Assembly (NCBI GenBank): GCA_964016885.1
Contig: CAXHJY010001347.1
Location: 1 to 64,000, forward strand
Source of the DNA: Eledone cirrhosa
Lineage: Eukaryota
Length of the DNA: 64,000 nt
Direction of reading: 5' to 3'
The stretch's first letter is position 1, and each line of letters begins with the position of its first letter. A program made the translations under genes and the position numbers. A model generated the notes under the pieces. The model was not told where the DNA came from and did not search any database. It saw only the letters and a program-made list of their open reading frames with translations. This document shows, piece by piece, positions 36,990 through 50,342 of this stretch.

Positions 36990-37870
36990 GGTTTCTTATA
37001 TAGACCCAATGCCAGCGATTTTGGGGGAAGGGAAATTCGATTAAGTCCATCCCAGTGCGTGACTGTTACTTTATTTTATCGACCCCGTCAGGATGAAAGG
37101 CAAAGTTAACCTCGGCGGGATTTGAACTCAGATCATAAAGTGACGCAACTCTATACTGCAAAGTATAGTGTCCGACCCTCTACCGATACTGCCAAATAAT
37201 AATAATAATAACTGTTTCTACTTTAGGCACAAGGCCAGCAATTACCCAGTGCATTACTGGTACTTTATTTTATCGACCTCTGTATGGATGAAAGGCAAAG
37301 TTAACCTCGGCGGGATTTGAACTCAGATCGTAAAGGGACGTAACTATGCTGGAAAGCATGGCGTCCGACCCTCTACCGATACTGCCAATCCACCGCCCTA
37401 ATAATAATAATAATGAATTCTTTATTGGCGACAAGGGTTGACACCAAGAAAAACATTACAGACGGCACAGGACGGATCGATGCGAGTTTTGTGCGTGTAA
37501 AGATTTTTATTTATATAATAATAATTGTTTCTACTTTTGGCACAAAGCTAGCAATTACCTCAGTGTATTACTGGTACTTTATTTTATCGACCACGTAAGG
37601 ATGAAAGGCAAAGTTAACCTCGGCTGGATTTGAACTCATATATACAACATAATAATAATAATTGTTTCTACTTTAGGCACAAATAATAATTGTTTCTACT
37701 TTTAGGCACAAGGCCAGCAATTACCCAGTGTATTACTGGTACTTTATTTTATCGACCCTGTAAGGATGAAAGGCAAAGTCAACCTCGGCGGGATTTGAAC
37801 TCGGATCGTAAAGGGACGTAACTATGCTGGAAAGCATGGCGTCCGACTCTCTACCGATACTGCCAATCCA
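36990..37870 (-). mobile_element. Head-to-tail cluster of SINE family A copies
   Basis: Copies at 36990-37195, 37212-37398, 37524-37638 (partial), 37661-37681 (tail only) and 37689-37870, separated by (AAT)n. Confidence 0.9.
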
Positions 37871-38507
37871 GGCACAAATAATAATGATTTCATATAATAA
37901 CAATAAAGACGATTTGTTATGCCTTCATTACGTTTATTAAGAAGTGACACGCGTTTCGCTATTGATCAACTCGTGCTTAGATTTCTATCGATCTGGCCCG
38001 ACTCTGGACTCAAAAGCTTGTCGGACCTGCCGTGGTAGTGACAGAATGAACATGTAGGGCGTAGAAAAGGTACATAACGATTCACATTCATTTATGGTGG
38101 TCAGTTAAAGTTCGTTTTGATTGGTGGTTTTGCTATAAGAAATGTTTTGGTATGTTTGATGGGGGGGGGGGGTATTATGAAGAGGTGGTGGTGGGGAGCG
38201 ATGGTTGGTGTGAGTTGCGGATGTGTGGTGTTTTGGCTGTTTCATAGGGATTACGGCGTATATGTGGTGAAGAGAGGGTGCTGGGTGTGACTGTGGTGGT
38301 GGTTATGGGCTATAAATGATGGGAGATGAAAGGGTACGGTGCTCTCCTAAGTGGATGGGAGTTTTCTGTTGGTCCGAGGTTTGTCTGAGAGGAATAAAAA
38401 CAATAAACAAAAGTAAATTAAACTGAAGTTAAGGGTAAGGTTACGAATGAGGTGAGTGGGAAGTCTAACGTTTTCTGTGGTGTGTTTAGTATGTAAATGG
38501 TTTTCCA

Positions 38508-38625
38508 TTCTGAGTTCAAATCCCGCCGAGGTTAACTTTGCCTTTCATCCTTACGGGGTCGATAAAATAAAGTACCAGTAATGCACTGTGTAATTTCTGG
38601 CCTTGTGCCAAATGTGGAAACAATT
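38508..38625 (+). mobile_element. 5'-truncated SINE family A
   Basis: Starts just before the B-box. Confidence 0.88.
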
Positions 38626-39139
38626 ATTAAAGAGGTTTGTAGTACTAGAAAATAAGTGATTAAGGACTGTGGTTAGTGTGTGAAATGAATATAAATAAAT
38701 AGAGGAATAAATAATGAATTAGTTGCTACACTAACTATATGTGCTCGCTTAAACACACACACAGACACACACCACACAACACACCAGACACACACACACA
38801 CACACACACACACAGAGACATCGTCAGTTTTATATATACATAGATAACGATAATATAATTGCTGATACAATGAATGTAATGATAATAATTGTGGTAATAG
38901 GATGCTGGTAGTGTATGTGGGTGGCTGGTGTGTGAGGTGCATGTTCAGGTGAGTGAGAGTGGTGAAGACATGGTGATATGTTTAATAATGAGGGACATGA
39001 TAAACATAATAGTAGCAAGAATAACAATGATAACGAAAGTAGCAGTGGTAATGAGGACGATGATAAACTTGATGAGAGATGATAATAATTGTTGTAATTA
39101 CTAGTACGTGTCTGATGTCTGTGTTCAGGTGGTTAAATG

Positions 39140-39509
39140 TTAGTCTGTCCATAGTTTATGTTCGAATATCATGGCGGAGAATGTATGTTGTTTTGTATGT
39201 CTGCAGTTTACGGAGATTTCCGATTTCAAATTAATATCCGATTTCATTTTAATGATCTCTGCCAATTCCATCAGGCACGATATACAGTGGCTTCCTCAGG
39301 GGAAATGTTGGGCCACGCGACTCCTTACAGACCATTTGATCTGGTATTTCAGGTTTCTATCCTTGGGGTCCCATATGAAATCGGCCAGTCTTGTTTGGGA
39401 ACGCTCAGGTCTGTGGTTGAAGGGGCTTCTGTGGTTGTACAGCCGCTCCTTAGAGGCTGTTGAGAGTGCGCCTATAAGTGTGTATTCTTTGCGCTTATTT
39501 AATAGTGTC
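39140..39509 (-). pseudogene. GIY-YIG endonuclease remnant of a Penelope-like element
   Basis: LIGALSTASKERLYNHRSPFNH..QTRLADFIWDPKDRNLKYQIKW..P*GSHCISCLME..II..INLKSEISVNCRH..*; one in-frame TGA. Confidence 0.8.
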
Positions 39510-39510
39510 G

Positions 39511-42500
39511 GTAATAATATATTGAAGAGTAAGGAGAGGTGGTAATAATATATTGAAGAGTAAGGAGAGGTGGTAATAATATATTGAAGAGTAAGGAGAG
39601 GTGGTAATAATATATTGAAGAGTAAGGAGAGGTGGTAATAATATATTGAAGAGTAAGGAGAGGTGGTAATAATATATTGAAGAGTAAGGAGAGGTGGTAA
39701 TAATATATTGAAGAGTAAGGAGAGGTAATAATATATTGAAGAGTAAGGAGAGGTGGTAATAATATATTGAAGAGTAAGGAGAGGTAATAATATATTGAAG
39801 AGTAAGGAGAGGTGGTAATAATATATTGAAGAGTAAGGAGAGGTGGTAATAATATATTGAAGAGTAAGGAGAGGTGGTAATAATATATTGAAGAGTAAGG
39901 AGAGGTGGTAATAATATATTGAAGAGTAAGGAGAGGTGGTAATAATATATTGAAGAGTAAGGAGAGGTAATAATATATTGAAGAGTAAGGAGAGGTGGTA
40001 ATAATATATTGAAGAGTAAGGAGAGGTAATAATATATTGAAGAGTAAGGAGAGGTGGTAATAATATATTGAAGAGTAAGGAGAGGTGGTAATAATATATT
40101 GAAGAGTAAGGAGAGGTGGTAATAATATATTGAAGAGTAAGGAGAGGTGGTAATAATATATTGAAGAGTAAGGAGAGGTGGTAATAATATATTGAAGAGT
40201 AAGGAGAGGTAATAATATATTGAAGAGTAAGGAGAGGTGGTAATAATATATTGAAGAGTAAGGAGAGGTGGTAATAATATATTGAAGAGTAAGGAGAGGT
40301 GGTAATAATATATTGAAGAGTAAGGAGAGGTGGTAATAATATATTGAAGAGTAAGGAGAGGTGGTAATAATATATTGAAGAGTAAGGAGAGGTGGTAATA
40401 ATATATTGAAGAGTAAGGAGAGGTGGTAATAATATATTGAAGAGTAAGGAGAGGTGGTAATAATATATTGAAGAATAAGGAGAGGTAATAATATATTGAA
40501 GAGTAAGGAGAGGTGGTAATAATATATTGAAGAGTAAGGAGAGGTGGTAATAATATATTGAAGAGTAAGGAGAGGTGGTAATAATATATTGAAGAATAAG
40601 GAGAGGTAATAATATATTGAAGAGTAAGGAGAGGTGGTAATAATATATTGAAGAATAAGGAGAGGTAATAATATATTGAAGAGTAAGGAGAGGTGGTAAT
40701 AATATATTGAAGAGTAAGGAGAGGTAATAATATATTGAAGAGTAAGGAGAGGTGGTAATAATATATTGAAGAGTAAGGAGAGGTGGTAATAATATATTGA
40801 AGAGTAAGGAGAGGTGGTAATAATATATTGAAGAGTAAGGAGAGGTGGTAATAATATATTGAAGAGTAAGGAGAGGTGGTAATAATATATTGAAGAATAA
40901 GGAGAGGTAATAATATATTGAAGAGTAAGGAGAGGTGAATAATATATTGAAGAGTAAGGAGAGGTGGTAATAATATATTGAAGAATAAGGAGAGGTAATA
41001 ATATATTGAAGAGTAAGGAGAGGTGGTAATAATATATTGAAGAGTAAGGAGAGGTAATAATATATTGAAGAGTAAGGAGAGGTGGTAATAATATATTGAA
41101 GAGTAAGGAGAGGTGGTAATAATATATTGAAGAGTAAGGAGAGGTGGTAATAATATATTGAAGAGTAAGGAGAGGTGGTAATAATATATTGAAGAATAAG
41201 GAGAGGTAATAATATATTGAAGAGTAAGGAGAGGTGGTAATAATATATTGAAGAGTAAGGAGAGGTGGTAATAATATATTGAAGAGTAAGGAGAGGTGGT
41301 AATAATATATTGAAGAATAAGGAGAGGTAATAATATATTGAAGAGTAAGGAGAGGTGGTAATAATATATTGAAGAATAAGGAGAGGTAATAATATATTGA
41401 AGAGTAAGGAGAGGTGGTAATAATATATTGAAGAGTAAGGAGAGGTTAATAATATATTGAAGAGTAAGGAGAGGTGGTAATAATATATTGAAGAGTAAGG
41501 AGAGGTGGTAATAATATATTGAAGAGTAAGGAGAGGTGGTAATAATATATTGAAGAGTAAGGAGAGGTGGTAATAATATATTGAAGAGTAAGGAGAGGTG
41601 GTAATAATATATTGAAGAGTAAGGAGAGGTGGTAATAATATATTGAAGAGTAAGGAGAGGTGGTAATAATATATTGAAGAGTAAGGAGAGGTAATAATAT
41701 ATTGAAGAGTAAGGAGAGGTGGTAATAATATATTGAAGAGTAAGGAGAGGTGGTAATAATATATTGAAGAGTAAGGAGAGGTGGTAATAATATATTGAAG
41801 AGTAAGGAGAGGTGGTAATAATATATTGAAGAGTAAGGAGAGGTGGTAATAATATATTGAAGAGTAAGGAGAGGTGGTAATAATATATTGAAGAGTAAGG
41901 AGAGGTGGTAATATATTGAAGAGTAAGGAGAGGTGGTAATATATTGAAGAGTAAGGAGAGGTGGTAATAATATATTGAAGAGTAAGGAGAGGTGGTAATA
42001 ATATATTGAAGAGTAAGGAGAGGTGGTAATAATATATTGAAGAGTAAGGAGAGGTGGTAATAATATATTGAAGAGTAAGGAGAGGTGGTAATAATATATT
42101 GAAGAGTAAGGAGAGGTGGTAATAATATATTGAAGAGTAAGGAGAGGTGGTAATAATATATTGAAGAGTAAGGAGAGGTGGTAATAATATATTGAAGAGT
42201 AAGGAGAGGTGGTAATAATATATTGAAGAGTAAGGAGAGGTGGTAATAATATATTGAAGAGTAAGGAGAGGTGGTAATAATATATTGAAGAGTAAGGAGA
42301 GGTGGTAATAATATATTGAAGAGTAAGGAGAGGTGGTAATAATATATTGAAGAGTAAGGAGAGGTGGTAATAATATATTGAAGAGTAAGGAGAGGTGGTA
42401 ATAATATATTGAAGAGTAAGGAGAGGTGGTAATAATATATTGAAGAGTAAGGAGAGGTGGTAATAATATATTGAAGAGTAAGGAGAGGTGGTAATAATAT

Positions 42501-43735
42501 ATTGAAGAGTAAGGAGAGGTGGTAATAATATATTGAAGAGTAAGGAGAGGTGGTAATATATTGAAGAGTAAGGAGAGGTGGTAATATATTGAAGAGTAAG
42601 GAGAGGTGGTAATAATATATTGAAGAGTAAGGAGAGGTGGTAATAATATATTGAAGAGTAAGGAGAGGTGGTAATAATATATTGAAGAGTAAGGAGAGGT
42701 GGTAATAATATATTGAAGAGTAAGGAGAGGTGGTAATAATATATTGAAGAGTAAGAAGAGGTGGTAATAATATATTGAAGAGTAAGGAGAGGTGGTAATA
42801 ATATATTGAAGAGTAAGGAGAGGTGGTAATAATATATTGAAGAGTAAGGAGAGGTGGTAATAATATATTGAAGAGTAAGGAGAGGTGGTAATAATATATT
42901 GAAGAGTAAGGAGAGGTGGTAATAATATATTGAAGAGTAAGAAGAGGTGGTAATAATATATTGAAGAGTAAGGAGAGGTAATAATATATTGAAGAGTAAG
43001 GAGAGGTGGTAATAATATATTGAAGAGTAAGGAGAGGTGGTAATAATATATTGAAGAATAAGAAGAGGTGGTAATAATATATTGAAGAGTAAGGAGAGGT
43101 AATAATATATTGAAGAGTAAGGAGAGGTGGTAATAATATATTGAAGAGTAAGAAGAGGTGGTAATAATATATTGAAGAGTAAGGAGAGGTGGTAATAATA
43201 TATTGAAGAGTAAGGAGAGGTGGTAATAATATATTGAAGAGTAAGGAGAGGTGGTAATAATATATTGAAGAGTAAGGAGAGGTGGTAATAATATATTGAA
43301 GAGTAAGAAGAGGTGGTAATAATATATTGAAGAGTAAGAAGAGGTGGTAATAATATATTGAAGAGTAAGGAGAGGTGGTAATAATATATTGAAGAGTAAG
43401 GAGAGGTGGTAATAATATATTGAAGAGTAAGAAGAGGTGGTAATAATATATTGAAGAGTAAGAAGAGGTGGTAATAATATATTGAAGAGTAAGGAGAGGT
43501 AATAATATATTGAAGAGTAAGGAGAGGTGGTAATAATATATTGAAGAGTAAGAAGAGGTGGTAATAATATATTGAAGAGTAAGAAGAGGTGGTAATAATA
43601 TATTGAAGAGTAAGGAGAGATGGTAATAATATATTGAAGAGTAAGGAGAGGTGGTAATAATATATTGAAGAGTAAGGAGAGGTGGTAATAATATATTGAA
43701 GAATAAGGAGAGGTAATAATATATTGAAGAGTAAG
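39511..43735 (+). repeat. 31-bp minisatellite array (~4.2 kb)
   Basis: Unit GGTAATAATATATTGAAGAGTAAGGAGAGGT with 28-bp variants; explains the 1480-aa pseudo-ORF. Confidence 0.98.
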
Positions 43736-43739
43736 CACA

Positions 43740-43925
43740 GGTGGATTGGCTATATCGGTAGAGGGTCGGACTCCATGCTTTGCAGCAAAGAGTTACGGCT
43801 CTTTATGGTCTGAGTTCAAATCCCGCCGAGGTTAACTTTGCCTTTCATCCTTACAGGGTCGATAAAATAAAGTACCAGTAATACACTGGTTATGTGCAGG
43901 CCTTGTGCCAAAAGCAGAAACAATT
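43740..43925 (+). mobile_element. SINE family A
   Basis: Head directly abuts the satellite. Confidence 0.9.
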
Positions 43926-44440
43926 ATAACGGAATCATAGTAAAATATTGAAAAGTATTATAAAGAGAGTTGTAAATATAATAGCTTGTGTAATTTTAAA
44001 TATAATTGTGTGCAATACATTTAACACTATATGGTACATGTTGATTAAAAGACTTTATAACTCATAAAGGTTTTTAAACTAGCCATTACAAATGCTTCTC
44101 AGACTCACAGCATGTCAAATGCTGGATTATTCAACCTACTTCAAAGATCTGCGCAATTCTAATATTACCTTAAAATAAACTCTGCTCGGCAATATCGGGG
44201 TCATGTGCATCACCCTCGATGAAGTACCACGTGTGTTATAATTACTGATAGGCCGTATATCGCTGGCTGTTCCTCGTGGTAGTGAATACACCATCGTAAC
44301 CGGCCGCGGCGCTCTCGCAGAAATGTGTTACCCAGCGTTGTAGAATTTGCCATTTTTTTTCACTCATAGCTCTCAAGTTTATCACAGTTTTAAATGTGTA
44401 GACACCTGTGGCAGAGTTAATTTGATAGTTTCTCCTATAT

Positions 44441-44489
<49 letters not shown>

Positions 44490-44496
<7 letters not shown>

Positions 44497-45002
44497 TAAT
44501 GAAATGACAGGAGGCTGGATTTGTGTAAATCCTTGAAAAGTTTATTATACTATGATCATTTCAATGACCGGGTTCCGTATGAATCCGGTGATATCATCAG
44601 GTATTCGAAATATAATACGTGAATGTAATAGGTAAAATCCATGGGGCTGAAAATCGAGACCCGAGGGCGACCGCTATTCTGTTCCTTCAAACTCAGCAGG
44701 TCGATTTTCAGCCCCATGTATTTTACCTATTACATTCACGTATTATATTTCGAATACCTGATGATATCACCGGATTCATACGGAACCCGGTCATTGAAAT
44801 GATCATAGTATAATAAACTTTTCAAGGATTTACACAAATCCAGCCTCCTGTCATTTCATTATAATATTTAACTCCGTAATAACACCACCAACTACAAAAA
44901 CAAAGACGGTTGAACTGCTTTACGTTGAGTACTCTCTATATTATTGCATTACGATTGACCATACGGAATAGACCAGCTCTATACAGTGGTGAACCTCAAA
45001 CC

Positions 45003-45005
<3 letters not shown>
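44490..45005 (+). mobile_element. Fold-back HHR element
   Basis: Near-perfect arms 44490-44657 / 44701-44868, 43-nt loop, ~135-nt tail, (TA)n on both sides. Confidence 0.88.
44754..44811 (+). ncRNA. Type I hammerhead ribozyme
   Basis: ATAC-CTGATGA-TATcACCGG...CCGGTcATT-GAAA-TGATCA-TA-GTAT; identical mirror copy at 44547-44604(-). Confidence 0.9.
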
Positions 45006-45043
<38 letters not shown>

Positions 45044-45353
45044 TATTTCTCTGCTTTGTAGTAGAGTGATATCTAACCTGATAACGTTTGCACCTCCCTG
45101 ACTGTTAAGTACTGAAGGAAATGCACTTTATTTATCAACAGTTATAAAATAAATATTATAAACCTCGTTTGTTGAACAAGTGGCCGGGCAGTTCACAGAG
45201 ACTTGTAGAAAGGTGACGAATGAGAACTTAGTGTTGGAATAATGTTTGAGATTGTGACCTGACTAAAAGGTTATAGAAGATGGATGGAAATTCTGTGGCA
45301 CTTCGTGACACGTGAGAATGATGCTTCAAGAGAATAGAAAGCTCTTTATTCGC

Positions 45354-45364
45354 TGTTGTTTTTC

Positions 45365-45402
<38 letters not shown>

Positions 45403-45852
45403 CTTCTTCTTCTTCTTCTTCTTCGTCTTCGTTTTCTTCTTCTTCTTCTTCTTCTTCTTCTTCTTCTTCTTCTTCTTCTTCTTCTTCTTCTTCTTCTTCT
45501 TTTTTCTTTTTCTTTTTCTTCTTCTTTTTTCTTTTTCTTTTTCTTTTTTTCTTCTTCTTTTTTCTTTTTCTTCTTTGCCTTCTTCTCTTCTTTGCCTTCT
45601 TCTCTTCTTTGCCTTCTTCTCTTCTTCTTCTTCTTCTTCTTCTTCTTTGCCTTCTTCATCTTCTTTGCCTTCTTCTTCTTCTTCTTCTTCTTCTTCTTCT
45701 TCTTCTTCTTCTTCTTCTTCTTCTTCTTTGCCTTCTTTGCCTTCTTCTTATTCTTCTTTGCCTTCTTCTTCTTCTTCTTCTTCTTCTTCTTCTTCTTCTT
45801 CTTCTTCTATTGTTGTTGTTGTCCTTAGCGTTGTTTTTCTTGTTGTTGTTGT
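45354..45852. repeat. (TTG)n/(TTC)n compound microsatellite
   Basis: Direct inspection. Confidence 0.97.
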
Positions 45853-45944
45853 TGATTGGCATTTTTCATTCAAACACAAACAAGCTGCAGATTCTTTTTT
45901 TTCCAGAGTGATAATTCTGTGGAAGCTAATGTATGTGTGGGTGT

Positions 45945-45986
<42 letters not shown>

Positions 45987-46509
45987 ATGTGTGCATGTAT
46001 GTATGTACGTTTGTTTGCATGTATGAATGTGTGTATGTACGTACACGTTTGTGTGTATGTAAGCATATATTTATAAATGAATGTATAAGTGAGTCTATGT
46101 ACTTATGTATGACAGTATGTGTCTATGTATGTATGCATGTATATTTGTTTGTGGGTATGTATCTATATATGTGTGAATGAATGTATATGTGGATGTATGC
46201 ATTTATGTATGACCGTATGTGTGTATGCATATATTCATGTATATATGTGTATGAGTGCATATGTGTGTGTGTGTGTGCCTGTATAACTGTGCACGGATGT
46301 TTCTCTACAGGTATAAACCTATGTATATATGCCACTATATATATATATGTCTATACGCATAAATATATATATATATATATCTATGTATTTATGTATGTGT
46401 GAATGTATGTTACTGTAAATGTATATAAGTATGTGTGCAGTAATATGTGTGTATGTATATTTCTGTATATGTCTATCAGTACAAGTTTGTATGTGTATTT
46501 ATGATTCTA

Positions 46510-47100
46510 TATATGTATATATGTACATGTGTACGTTTATGTATGTATCTATGTATGTATACATGTACATGTGTACGTTTATGTATGTATCTATATATGT
46601 ATATACATGTGTACGTTTATGTATGTTTCTATGTATGTATATATGTACATGTGTACGTTTATGTATGTTTCTATGTATGTATATATGTACATGTGTATGT
46701 ATACATGTACATGTGTACGTTTATGTATGTATCTATGTATGTATATATGTACATGTGTACGTGTATGTATGTATCTATGTATGTATATATGTAAATGTGT
46801 ACGTGTATGTATGTATCTATGTATGTATATATGTACATGTGTACGTGTATGTATCTATGTATGTATATATGTACATGTGTACGTGTATGTATCTATGTAT
46901 GTATATATGTAACTGTGTACGTGTATGTATGTATCTATGTATGTATATATGTACATGTGTACGTGTATGTATCTATGTATGTATATATGTACATGTGTAC
47001 GTGTATGTATGCATCTATGTATGTATATAAGTACATGTGCACGTGTATGTATGTTTCTATATATGTATATATGTACATGTGTGTGTGTGTGTGTGTGTGC
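46510..47100. repeat. Degenerate ~32-36-bp minisatellite
   Basis: Repeats of GTATATATGTACATGTGTACGTGTATGTATCTATGTAT. Confidence 0.9.
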
Positions 47101-47236
47101 TTCTGAATATGTATATATGTGTATATGATTATGTATGTATACATGCATCTATGTTAGGTATGTATTCGTGTGTCGAGTTCGTTTGCCTTAAATATATCAG
47201 TCATGATGTTTTTATTTCATTTTTTTTAGTATTATT

Positions 47237-47286
<50 letters not shown>

Positions 47287-48131
47287 GTTTTTACAATTTC
47301 CATCGCCCTCTCCCTCCATGCGCTTGGTACCGAAAAGTATGTCTATGATATATTTTACATGGTATTCAGTACTGACAGCATAACTGTTGAAACAAGCTAT
47401 AGTTTTAGCCGACAGTCATTGTTATCCAGCCTGGCATGTTTACTGGTTCTCCACTAAAATTCACTTCACAATGTCTTTTAGTTTCTCTCCCAATATGTCT
47501 TACAGTTTCAGTGTTTTCTAGACGAATTACTTTCAAGATATATTCTACGACTCTATTTTATTTTTTATTTATTATGAAGGAATGGTGGTGGAGAGGGGAA
47601 TGGATTGTTTTTAAATGATTGTTGCCTGTTATGACCTTAAGATAGAGATTTTTACACCGTATGTCACCTATATCACTACCCCCACTTCTCTCTCAATCAA
47701 TTTGTTGGTGGTATTGATGAAAATGAAGTTGGCGAAATGAAACTCAATGAAAGGAGCAATGGAAACATTGCTTACTTGGTCCGATTTCTAGCGATCGACA
47801 CTGTTTTCCTTTCATATGAATATCAAATATCATCTTCAGATAACCACAAGAACGTTATGACAAATATAAGCAAGAGAAAGTCTGAGTAAAATGAAGGTGA
47901 TAGTTTGAAATGTAAGGTGTCATAATTAACGGAGAACAAGTATACCTTCGTTATAATTAACTAGCTGCTTCTTAATTAATTAAGTTCTGACATTTAGAAA
48001 TATAATTATCGCAATTCAATACTGCTGAAATAGGAACTCATGAATAAGAGTTATAAGGGAGTCATTCAATTGTATCGACATATACACATACAAAAACACA
48101 CTCACATCTCTTTATACACACACACACATAT

Positions 48132-48212
<81 letters not shown>

Positions 48213-48404
48213 CTCTCTATACATACATAAATATGTATATATATATGTGTGTGTGTACGAGTGTGTGTGTCTGTGTACGTGTGTTTTGTCAACAATAAAT
48301 ACTTTTTTTCTTACAGAGGAAATAGAGATTAATGTTTGCAACGTTATTTCGAGAATACTACAGTTGACTTGTTAATTTAATGAGAAGTATATGCTACATC
48401 AGTA

Positions 48405-48459
<55 letters not shown>

Positions 48460-48474
48460 CATATATATATATAG

Positions 48475-48632
48475 TCATTTTATTAAGGCTATATAGTGTA
48501 TTGTTACTCTGGTGTTTAGACTTCTCGTCAGGAGAAACTCAAAAGACTCATTATTTAGCCTTAATAAAATGAATACTGTAGCTCTGCATCGGTATTGAGT
48601 ACTGTTTTCTCTCAGTTGTTAACAACATACGG
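48475..48632 (+). mobile_element. Short fold-back remnant with tail hairpin
   Basis: Arms TCATTTTATTAAGGCTA / TAGCCTTAATAAAATGA followed by GCTC-TGC..GTA-TT-GAGTAC. Confidence 0.6.
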
Positions 48633-48668
48633 ATATGGATATGTATATGCATATATGTAATATATAAT

Positions 48669-48860
48669 AGGAAAAGACTCAGGACCCCGACGGCTGAGCT
48701 TCGGCCGTTTCGACAGCTAGATCCGAACGCTGTCGTAACGGCCGGAGCTCAGCCGTCGGGGTCCTGACTCTTTTCCTATTACCCACTCTACTACCCTAAG
48801 TAACGAGTACTCTGGTGTGGTTTGGTCCACCTGGTATCTTACCACACCTTCTTTATTTAT
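48669..48860 (+). mobile_element. Fold-back family B element
   Basis: Arms 48669-48717 / 48729-48777; tail as in 21950-22029. Confidence 0.8.
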
Positions 48861-48873
48861 AATACATACATAC

Positions 48874-49490
48874 ATGATGGCTACCCCCTCGTTATCGAGT
48901 ATGGCCATTGCACGATATACCATTATTAATAATTATTAATTAATTCTATAGTGTAATGCCTGTGCATGAAGATATTTTTTTAAATGAGGAAAGACTGCAC
49001 TGAGCCAATCCCACTCTCTGAGCGACAGTAGCTATAACCCGAAAAAAACAAAATATCAACATCATCGGTAACTACTGAGCCGCAGGTTTATATCGGAGTT
49101 ATCCCAGTTTCCTGAGTTGCCTTCTCCTAGAAGAATGACGTGACAAAGGCTAGGGGTCCCAGTGGTTTAACAGCGCGATCGGGTGTCCAGCCCGACTATT
49201 TCTATGTCCCCGCACATATACATACACATGCACCCATGTATATACACATATATATATATACATACATATGTACATGTGTATATACATATTTACACACTTC
49301 TGGATGGCCGTTGACTCTTATGAGTTATTCCGCCCTTTGTCAGGTTTTATTTTTTGTGCTGCACGGTGTCCAAAATCACCCTCCTCACCAAGTAAACTTG
49401 GTGGGGTTGAAGGTTTAGTCGCCGACGACCCGACCATGTTCATGTTGTACTGGGTTACATGTTACCAGTAGCAATCAAGAGTGACCCGAC
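48874..49490 (-). mobile_element. RTE-derived element, diverged subfamily copy D
   Basis: Collinear similarity to copy C at both ends; interrupted by a CA/TA repeat at ~49215-49295. Confidence 0.65.
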
Positions 49491-49510
49491 ATACATACAA
49501 ACATACATAA

Positions 49511-50118
49511 ATGGTGGCTGCCAACTCGTTTTCGAGTACGGCCACTACTTTATATCCATGTAGGAGAACCCCTACCGATGCGCTGAATGAGTGTGACTTT
49601 TTAGTCCAGCGAGCGACTTGAAAACTCAGGTACAAACACTACACTTGTGACAATTATTGACACATAGTGCTGGGCGCATGGTACCCTGTGACGACAAGTG
49701 CAGAGAGATCTCCAGATATAAAGCAAAGCCTGTGCCGTGAAGCTTTTATAGTGACAAAGGCACTGCACAAAGCCAGTCCCACTCTCTTAACCAAGATGAT
49801 ATTTACCAAAAAGAAGAACAAGTCAACATCATTGGATACCATCAGGGTTGCAGGTGTTATATCAGAGTTTTCCTTCTCTTGGAATTCTGCCTTGACAAAG
49901 GCTAAGAGGTCATCTCTCCCGGTGATTTTGGATGGCCATTGACTCTTAAGAGCTCCTTTGCCCTTTGACAGGTTTTGTTTTTAGTCCTGCAGGAAGTCCA
50001 AAGTCACCCTCCTCACCAAGAAACCTTCGTGGGGTTGCCAGTTTAGTCGCCAACGACCGACCATGAGACAGGTTGTACTAGGATACATGTTACAAGTAGC
50101 ACCAACTGGTGACCTGAC
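49511..50118 (-). mobile_element. RTE-derived element, copy C
   Basis: Near-identical to 14533-15145. Confidence 0.78.
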
Positions 50119-50147
50119 ATACATATATACATACATATATATATATA

Positions 50148-50334
50148 ATTGTTTCTACTTCTGGCACAAGGCCAGCAATTACCCAGTACATTACTGGTAC
50201 TTTATTTTATCGACTCCGTAAGGACGAAAGGCAAAGTTAACCTTGGCGGGATTTGAACTCAGACCATAAAGGGTCGTAACTCTTTTCTGCAAAGCATGGC
50301 GTCCGACTCACTACTGATACTGCCAATGCACCGC
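50148..50334 (-). mobile_element. SINE family A
   Basis: A/B boxes and core. Confidence 0.9.
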
Positions 50335-50342
50335 TACATATA

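Noticed and set aside
39511-43735. CRISPR-like array (31-bp repeats)
   Set aside because: No spacers, no cas genes, eukaryotic context.
39296-43738. 1480-aa ORF
   Set aside because: Translation of the 31-bp satellite; only the last ~70 aa belong to the GIY-YIG remnant.
45228-46180. K/R/E/S/F/L homopolymer ORFs
   Set aside because: Trinucleotide microsatellite artefacts.
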